DNA from: Macrostomum lignano | Taxonomy: Eukaryota | Reading direction: 5' to 3' | Assembly: GCA_002269645.1 (NCBI GenBank) | Contig: NIVC01002551.1 | Span: 1-25,722 of the forward strand | DNA: 25,722 nucleotides | In this document: positions 17,466 through 25,722 of the stretch, piece by piece | How positions within the stretch are numbered: position 1 is the first letter of the stretch | Layout of the letters: each line of letters starts with the position of its first letter | Position numbers and translations under genes: made by a program | Notes under the pieces: generated by a model | The model's input: only the letters and a program-made list of their open reading frames with translations | Databases searched by the model: none | What the model was told of the DNA's origin: nothing

Positions 17466-20400
17466 TGTCTAATACCAGCTCCCCAGTGTCTAATGGCAGC
17501 TCCCAGTGTCTAATGGCAGCTCCCCAGTGCCTAACGGCAGCTCCCCAGTGCCTAATGGCAGCTCCCTATGTCTAATGGCAGCTCCCCAGTGTCTAATGGC
17601 AGCTCCCCAGTGTCTAATGGCAGCTCCCAGTGTCTAATGGCAGCTCCCAGTGTCTAATGGCAGCTCCCAGTGTCTAATGGCAGCTCCCTGTGTCTAATGG
17701 CAGCTCCCCAGTGTCTAATGGCAGCTCCCAGTGTCTAATGGCAGCTCCCAGTGTCTAATGGCAGCTCCCAGTGTCTAATGGCAGCTCCCAAAGTCTAATG
17801 GCAGCTCCCTGTGTCTAATGGCAGCTCCCTGTGTCTAATGGCAGCTCCCTATGTCTAATGGCAGCTCCCTGTGTCTAATGGCAGCTCCCTGTGTCTAATG
17901 GCAGCTCCCTGTGTCTAATGGCAGCTCCCCAGTGTCTAATGGCAGCTCCCCAGTGTCTAATGACAGCTCTCAGTGTCTAATGGCAGCTCCCTGTGTCTAA
18001 TGGCAGCTTCCAGTGTCTAATGGCAGCTCCCTGTGTCTAATGGCAGCTCCCAGTGTCTAATGGCAGCTCCCCAGTGTCTAATGACAGCTCTCAGTGTCTA
18101 ATGGCAGCTCCCTGTGTCTAATGGCAGCTCCCCAGTGCCTAATGGCAGCTTCCAAGTGTCTAATGACAGCTTCCCTGTGTCTAATGGCAGCTCCCAGTGT
18201 CTAATACCAGCTCCCAGTGTCTAATACCAGCTCCCAGTGTCTAATGGCAGCTCCCAGTGTCTAATGGCAGCTCCCAGTGTCTAATGGCAGCTCCCAGTGT
18301 CTAATGGCAGCTCCCCAGTGTCTAATGGCAGCTCCCCAGTGTCTAATACCAGCTCCCAGTGTCTAATGGCAGCTCCCAGTGTCTAATACCAGCTCCCAGT
18401 GTCTAATACCAGCTCCCAGTGTCTAATACCAGCTCCCAGTGTCTAATGGCAGCTCCCAGTGTCTAATGGCAGCTCCCAGTGTCTAATGGCAGCTCCCAGT
18501 GTCTAATGGCAGCTCCCCAGTGTCTAATGGCAGCTCCCCAGTGTCTAATGGCAGCTCCCCAGTGTCTAATACCAGCTCCCAGTGTCTAATGGCAGCTCCC
18601 AGTGTCTAATGGCAGCTCCCAGTGTCTAATGGCAGCTCCCTGTGTCTAATGGCAGCTCCCTGTGTCTAATGGCAGCTCCCCAGTGTCTAATGACAGCTCT
18701 CAGTGTCTAATGGCAGCTCCCTGTGTCTAATGGCAGCTCCCCAGTGCCTAATGGCAGCTTCCAAGTGTCTAATGGCAGCTCCCAGTGTCTAATGGCAGCT
18801 CCCTGTGTCTAATGGCAGCTCCCAGTGTCTAATGGCAGCTCCCTGTGTCTAATGGCAGCTCCCCAGTGTCTAATGGCAGCTCCCTATGTCTAATGGCAGC
18901 TCCCTGTGTCTAATGGCAGCTCCCTGTGTCTAATGGCAGCTCCCTGTGTCTAATGGCAGCTCCCCAGTGTCTAATGGCAGCTCCCCAGTGTCTAATGACA
19001 GCTCTCAGTGTCTAATGGCAGCTCCCTGTGTCTAATGGCAGCTTCCAGTGTCTAATGGCAGCTCCCTGTGTCTAATGGCAGCTCCCAGTGTCTAATGGCA
19101 GCTCCCCAGTGTCTAATGACAGCTCTCAGTGTCTAATGGCAGCTCCCTGTGTCTAATGGCAGCTCCCCAGTGCCTAATGGCAGCTTCCAAGTGTCTAATG
19201 ACAGCTTCCCTGTGTCTAATGGCAGCTCCCAGTGTCTAATACCAGCTCCCAGTGTCTAATACCAGCTCCCAGTGTCTAATGGCAGCTCCCAGTGTCTAAT
19301 GGCAGCTCCCAGTGTCTAATGGCAGCTCCCAGTGTCTAATGGCAGCTCCCCAGTGTCTAATGGCAGCTCCCCAGTGTCTAATGGCAGCTTCCAGTGTCTA
19401 ATGGCAGCTCCCAGTGTCTAATACCAGCTCCCAGTGTCTAATACCAGCTCCCAGTGTCTAATACCAGCTCCCAGTGTCTAATGGCAGCTCCCAGTGTCTA
19501 ATGGCAGCTCCCAGTGTCTAATGGCAGCTCCCAGTGTCTAATGGCAGCTCCCCAGTGTCTAATGGCAGCTCCCCAGTGTCTAATACCAGCTCCCAGTGTC
19601 TAATGGCAGCTCCCAGTGTCTAATGGCAGCTCCCAGTGTCTAATGGCAGCTCCCTGTGTCTAATGGCAGCTCCCCAGTGTCTAATGGCAGCTCCCCAGTG
19701 TCTAATGACAGCTCTCAGTGTCTAATGGCAGCTCCCTGTGTCTAATGGCAGCTCCCCAGTGCCTAATGGCAGCTTCCAAGTGTCTAATGACAGCTTCCCT
19801 GTGTCTAATGGCAGCTCCCAGTGTCTAATACCAGCTCCCAGTGTCTAATACCAGCTCCCAGTGTCTAATGGCAGCTCCCAGTGTCTAATGGCAGCTCCCA
19901 GTGTCTAATGGCAGCTCCCAGTGCCTAATGGCAGCTCCCCAGTGTCTAATGGCAGCTCCCCAGTGCCTAATGGCAGCTTCCCAGTGCCTAATGGCAGCTC
20001 CCCAGTGTCTAATGGCAGCTCCCAGTGTCTAATACCAGCTCCCAGTGTCTAATGGCAGCTCCCCAGTGTCTAATGGCAGCTCCCCAGTGTCTAATACCAG
20101 CTCCCAGTGTCTAATGGCAGCTCCCAGTGTCTAATACCAGCTCCCAGTGTCTAATGGCAGCTCCCAGTGTCTAATGGCAGCTCCCAGTGCCTAATGGCAG
20201 ATCCCCAGTGTCTAATGGCAGCTCCCCAGTGTCTAATATCAGCTCCCCAGTGTCTAATGGCAGCTCCCAGTGCCTAATGGCAGCTCCCCAGTGTCTAATG
20301 GCAGCTCCCCAGTGTCTAATGGCAGCTCCCAGTGCCTAATGGCAGCTCCCCTGTGTCTAATGGCAGCTCCCCAGTGTCTAATGACAGCTCCCCAGTGTCT

Positions 20401-20657
20401 AATGGCAGCTCCCCAGTGTCTAATGGCAGCTCCCCAGTGTCTAATACCAGCTCCCCAGTGTCTAATGGCAGCTCCCCAGTGTCTAATGACAGCTTCCCAG
20501 TGTCTAATGGCAGCTTCCCAGTGTCTAATGGCAGCTCCCAGTGTCTAATGGCAGCTCCCAGTGTCTAATGGCAGCTCCCAGTGTCTAATGGCAGCTCCCC
20601 AGTGCCTAACGGCAGCTCCCAGTGTCTAATGGCAGCTCCCTATGTCTAATGGCAGTT
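17466..20657. repeat. 20-21-bp satellite (GTGTCTAATGGCAGCTCCC(C)A), ~3.2 kb, roughly 155 copies
   Basis: Continuous array with recurrent variants (ATACCAG, GACAGCTCTC, CTTCCAAG). Its last unit overlaps the RBCK1-like stop codon. Confidence 0.97.
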
Positions 20658-23600
20658 CATGCAGTTCGGGTGGCACTTCTTGTTGTTCACCCGGCAGCGG
20701 CAGCCGCCAGAGGTGTCACCCTGGCCGCCGGGTCCCCAGCGCGGGCCGCGGTGGCCCAGCAGATCTCGGTGCGGCACACGGAGCACATCAGCCAGTCGCA
20801 GCCTTCGCGCTTGGAGAGAAACACCTGGCATTTGGGGCACTTCTTGGCCTCTCCGGACTGCAGCATGTCCTGCACGATTCGGGAGTGACAGTGGGAAACC
20901 AGTTGCAGTTAGTCTGCTATCCTATAAACTTTACACATGGTGTCACTCAATCAGTCAGTGTCACTCAATCAGTCATGGGTGTCACTCAATCAGCCAAGGT
21001 GTCACTCAATCAGGCAAGGCTGTCACCCAATCAGCCAATAGTGTCACTCAATCAGCCAAGGTGTCACTCAATCAGCCAAGGTGTCACTCAATCAGTCAGT
21101 GTCACTCAATCAGCCAAGGGTGTCACTCAATCAGCCAAGGCTGTCACTCAATCAGCCAAGGTGTCACTCAATCAGCCAAGGCTGTCACTCAATCAGCCAA
21201 TAGTGTCACTCAATCAGCCAAGGTGTCACTCAATCAGCCAAGGTGTCACTCAATCAGTCAGTGTCACTCAATCAGCCAAGGGTGTCACTCAATCAGCCAA
21301 GGCTGTCACTCAATCAGCCAAGGTGTCACTCAATCAGCCAAGGCTGTCACTCAATCAGCCAATAGTGTCACTCAATCAGCCAAGGTGTCACTCAATCAGC
21401 CAAGGTGTCACTCAATCAGTCAGTGTCACTCAATCAGCCAAGGGTGTCACTCAATCAGCCAAGGCTGTCACTCAATCAGCCAAGGGTGTCACTCAATCAG
21501 CCAAGGGTGTCACTCAATCAGCCAAGGGTGTCACTCAATCAGCCAAGGTGTCACTCAATCAGCCAAGGGTGTCACTCAATCAGCCAATAGTGTCACTCAA
21601 TCAGCCAATAGTGTCACTCAATCAGCCAAGGTGTCACTCAATCAGCCAAGGTGTCACTCAATCAGCCAAGGTGTCACTCAATCACTCACCTCCAGTTTCT
21701 GCAGTCCCAGCTTGGCATTCTCGTCGTTCTCAGCGCGCCTGCGCAGGTCGTCCTGGTATTGCTGGCAGGTGAGGTCCTTGTGGGAGGCCCTGCAGGTGAC
21801 GCAGTTGTGCTCCTGGCACACCTCGCACTCAAACTCGTTAACATTGTCCACCAGTTCAACGAATGCCTCGCAGTTTGGCGTCACGCAGTGGAAGGCGTTG
21901 GTGATGACGGCCTCGGCCTGGCGGAGCCCCAGCCGCTGCAGCCTGGCCAGCTGCTCATCGGTGAGCAGCTCCTTGAGCTCGGCCTCGGTGACAGTCTGCT
22001 GGCACGGCTCGCACGGGCAGATGACGGGCAGCCGGTCGGAGTTGAGCGCGTGGTCCCTCAGGCAGTTCTCGCAGACCTCGTGGCCGCACTCGCGCAGCCG
22101 CAGGCCCCGGATGCCGTCGCCGTCGTCATCGTCGCCGCCAACGTCGCAGAGGCAGATCGGGCACTCGAAGCCCTGCTGCGCCGGCACGGGGATCAGCGAG
22201 CCCTGCGTCAGGTTCATGAGCTCGCGGAAGTTGCGCTCGCGCTCCCGCTCGGTCTGCAGATTGCGCAACAGGGGGGGGGGGCAATTCTGATTGATGAGGA
22301 TTCCGGCTTCCCACCGTGCGACTGCCTGCAGGTGTACTTTAGGCCCAACCCCAGTGCCGCATTAATGTAAACTAAGCCAGCGGGCTTCCAGTCTTTCCTG
22401 CCCTTCAGGCACACTTTCGGCATTTAAATAGCGGTCACTGTGTCCCTGGAAATTCACTCTTGTCACTGTGTTCCTGGAAAGTCACTTCGTCACTGTGTCT
22501 CTGGAAAGTCACTCCGTCACTGTGTCCCTGGAAAGTCACTCCGTCACTGTGTCCCTGGAAATTCACTCTTGTCACTGTGTCCCTGGAAAGTCACTCCCTC
22601 ACTGTGTTTCTGGAAAGTCACTCTTGTCACTGTGTCTCTGGAAAGTCACTTCGTCACTGTGTCTCTGGAAAGTCGCTCCGTCACTGTGTCCCTGGAAAGT
22701 CACTCCGTCACTGTGTCTCTGGAAAGTCGCTCCGAGCGTATTCCGAGAGGTCAATCAGCAAGATTCCTGGTAACGGTGCAATATTGGAAATTCACATCAT
22801 CAGTCCAACCGATAAAGGCAAATTTGAGAAGTCAGCCAGCCTGCCTGGATCCGTGCAGTCAGCCGTTCATTGTCAAACAATAAATTAATGCCTGTGAAGA
22901 ATAGCAGAGGTTTCGTATTAGGTATTTCTTGAGAGAAAAATCTCTTTGACCAAAAAATCTGTTTTATATTTCACGGATTATCAAACGTGTCTAAAATTTT
23001 TGCTAGGAAATTAGGCAGCTATTGGCCAAGTGGGGACAATATCCACTTTGGAAAGAAATAAAAACACTGGATAACCGCATGGCAAGCAAAGAAAATGATA
23101 AGAGATAATAGTAAATAAAAGATTCGAGAAATAGTGTACACGATTTACAGAAGCTGATTTCCAGAAACAGGGAATCTTAGCGCTATCAGGACACCGGTGA
23201 CAGGTGATCTCAGATATCAGGACACCTGTGAACACGTGATCGCAGATATCAGGACACCTGTGAACACGTGATCGCAGATATCAGGACACCTGTGAACAGG
23301 TGATCTCAGATATTAGGATACCGGTGAACAGGTGATCTCAGATATTAGGATACCGGTGAACAGGTGATCTCAGATATCAGGACACCTGTGAACAGGTGAG
23401 CTCAGATATTAGGACACCAGTGACAGGTGATCTCAGATATTAAGATACCGGTGAACAGGTGATCTCAGATATTAAGATACCGGTGAACAGGTGATCTCAG
23501 ATATTAAGATACGGGTGAACAGGTGATCTCAGATATCAGTACACCGGTGACAGGGAATCGGAACGCATCTTAGGGCATATTGTCACAGTGCTATCACAAT

Positions 23601-24967
23601 GCCAAATGTAAAAGAAGTTCAATAAGATTCCAATGAGGTAGTGGAACACTATGGATCAGCAGCTTCGCTAGGTTCATCCGCCTTGTTCTCTTCATCATCC
23701 GAGTCGCTGCTGCTGGAATCCGCGGCGGCGGCGGTCATCGGGTTCCTCAGAGCCCGGTGTCTCAATGTAGCTCTCTGTGGGATCGGTTGCGCTGGTCTGA
23801 CTTGGCCCCGCATTTGCCTTGCTTAACAAAACATTTCCACTTTTTAAAAGCGCATGTACAAAACAGTGCAGTTCTGCCGCTCGGCTCTCAGCTTAGTCGC
23901 GGAGCTCGATCGCTGATTGGCTGGCAATCTAGCTTTTCAGGCTTCTGATTGGCTGCTTGGGTCACTACCCTGCCCCAGGTAATCTAACCCTGCCCCAGCT
24001 ATTCTACCCCTGCACAGCTAATCTACCCCTGCCACAGCTAATCTACCCCTGCCACAGCTAATCTACCCCTGCCACAGCTAATCTACCCCTGCCACAGCTA
24101 ATCTACCCCTGCCCCAGCTAATCTACCCCTGCCCCAGCTAATCTACCGCTGCCACAGCTATTCTACCCCTGCCACAGCTAATCTACCCCTGCCACAGCTA
24201 ATCTACCCCTGCCACAGCTAATCTACCCCTGCCCCAGCTAATCTACCGCTGCCACAGCTATTCTACCCCTGCCACAGCTAATCTACCCCAGCCACAGCTA
24301 ATCTACCCCAGCCACAGCTAATCTACCCCAGCCACAGCTATTCTACCCCTGCCACAGCTAATCTACCCAGCCACAGCTAATCTACCCTGCCACAGCTAAT
24401 CTACCCCTGCCCCAGCTAATCTACCGCTGCCACAGCTATTCTACCCCTGCCACAGCTAATCTACCCCAGCCACAGCTAATCTACCCCAGCCACAGCTAAT
24501 CTACCCCTGCCACAGCTAATCTACCCCTGCCCCAGCTAATCTACCGCTGCCACAGCTATTCTACCCCAGCCACAGCTAATCTACCCCTGCCACAGCTAAT
24601 CTACCCCTGCCACAGCTATTCTACCCCTGCCCCAGCTATTCTACCCCTGCCCCAGCTAATCTACCCCTGCCACAGCTATTCTACCCTGCCACAGCTATTC
24701 TACCCCTGCCCCAGCTATTCTACCCTTGCCCCGGCCTACAATTGTTCACATGCAGCAAGAAATCAGCCCATAGAACATTAAGACAAAGCAGGGACTCGCA
24801 ACTCACGAATTTAAGAAATTCGCCGTGCAGCTTCAGCTGCCGCTGCTCCTCTTCTGCCTGCAGCTCCGCCGGCACCTCGTAGTCGGCGGCCGCGCCCCAC
24901 CGCACATCTGGCAGCCGGGCCGCACCGGCTCGTTGCGGAAGGTGCACTTGGGACAGCTCCAGCCTGG
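20646..24967 (-). CDS. RBCK1: RBCK1/HOIL-1-like RBR E3 ubiquitin ligase, 3' part (NZF, RING1, IBR, RING2); upstream exons lie beyond the window
   Basis: Exon 24967-24807: [24 protein letters not shown]. Exon 22253-21690: RING1 [23 protein letters not shown] and [22 protein letters not shown]. Exon 20869-20646: [21 protein letters not shown], then the HOIL-1-specific [33 protein letters not shown]-stop. All junctions are phase 0 once one missing base is restored in each of the first and last exons. Confidence 0.93.
20935..21688. repeat. 20-21-bp minisatellite (GTGTCACTCAATCAGCCAAG) filling the last RBCK1 intron, with a 162-bp higher-order period
   Basis: Marker variant ATCAGTCAGT at 20950, 21091, 21253 and 21415. 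Confidence 0.95.
22432..22735. repeat. 27-28-bp minisatellite (GTCACTGTGTCCCTGGAAAGTCACTCC), ~11 copies
   Basis: Tandem copies in an RBCK1 intron; source of the VTVSLESH ORFs. Confidence 0.92.
23190..23552. repeat. 32-bp minisatellite (CAGGTGATCTCAGATATTAGGATACCGGTGAA / ..GGACACCTGTGAA), ~11 copies
   Basis: Period of 32 measured between CAGGTG at 23297 and 23329. Confidence 0.92.
23913..23954 (-). promoter_or_regulatory. Pair of CCAAT (NF-Y-type) boxes 32 bp apart inside an RBCK1 intron
   Basis: CTGATTGGCT occurs twice, with ATTGG at 23916-23920 and 23948-23952. Confidence 0.4.
23965..24730. repeat. 20-bp minisatellite (CTACCCCTGCCACAGCTAAT), ~38 copies
   Basis: Tandem copies in an RBCK1 intron, ending ~75 nt from the donor at 24806. 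Confidence 0.95.
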
Positions 24968-25004
24968 CTGCGGGGGCGGAGAGGGCGGAGAAGGCGACGG
25001 TAAC

Positions 25005-25722
25005 GTGACACATTAAAGGATGCGAATTCTGAGATGATGGCACACATTAAAGGATTCTGAAATGGCGGCACACATCAAATGATTCTGAAATGGTGCACAC
25101 ATTAAAGGATTCTAAAATGGCGGCACACAACAAATGATTCTTCTAAAATGGCGGCACAGATCAAAGGATCTTAAGTGGCGGTCCACATCAAAGAATCCTG
25201 AATGGTGACATGCATCAAAGGATGCAAATCGAGATGGCGGCACAAATCAAAGGATGCAAATCGAGATGGCGGCACACATCAAAGGATGCAAATCGAGATG
25301 GCGGCACACATCAAAGGATGCAAATCGAGATGGCGGCACACATCAAAGGATGCAAATCGAGATAGCGCACACATCAAAGGATGCAAATCGAGATGGCGGC
25401 ACACATCAAAGGATGCAAATCGAGATAGCGGCACACATCAAAGGATGCAAATCGAGATGGCGGCACACATCAAAGGATGCAAATCGAGATAGCGGCACAC
25501 ATCAAAGGATGCAAATCGAGATGGCGGCACACATCAAAGGATGCAAATCGAGATGGCGGCACACATCAAAGATACAAATCGAAATGGCAGCACACATCAA
25601 AGGATGCAAATCGAGATAGCGGCACACATCAAAGGATGCAAATCGAGATGGCGGCACACATCAAAGGATGCAAATCGAGATAGCGGCACACATCAAAGGA
25701 TGCAAATCGAGATGGCGGCACA
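25005..25722. repeat. 32-bp minisatellite (GGCGGCACACATCAAAGGATGCAAATCGAGAT), runs off the window end
   Basis: Near-perfect copies from ~25200, increasingly degenerate toward the RBCK1 acceptor at 24968. Confidence 0.95.

Noticed and set aside
20642-22290. 376-aa and 543-aa + strand ORFs
   Set aside because: Antisense to RBCK1 exons and running through the 20-bp intronic array.
20740-24895. Programmed ribosomal frameshifting at the RBCK1 (and NAAA) frame breaks
   Set aside because: No slippery heptamer at any site, and four such events in two conserved genes is implausible compared with consensus error.
15955-25722. CRISPR-like appearance of regular repeats
   Set aside because: Units are head-to-tail with no unique spacers, there are no cas genes, and the context is eukaryotic.

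Overview
Eukaryotic (invertebrate animal) genomic DNA with GC-rich exons, spliceosomal introns and many unrelated minisatellites; this style suggests a free-living flatworm such as Macrostomum (inference only). Five intron-containing genes can be rebuilt by hand: a stand-alone temptin-like secreted protein (-), a claudin/PMP22-like 4-TM protein with an in-frame TGA (+), a 10-exon NAAA/acid-ceramidase-family amidase (-), a 4-EF-hand calmodulin-like protein with a basic RS/His-rich tail (+), and the 3' part of an RBCK1/HOIL-1-like RBR E3 ligase (-). Also present: two hAT-type MITEs with exact 8-bp TSDs, a tRNA-derived CORE-type SINE, and about 15 tandem arrays, several starting at exon boundaries. 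The 3.2-kb array appears to be an amplification of the RBCK1 gene's own last codons and stop. Four single-base deletions interrupt otherwise intact NAAA and RBCK1 frames and are most simply long-read consensus errors. Most long ORFs in the supplied track are repeat artefacts. No prokaryotic-type system or CRISPR array is supported.
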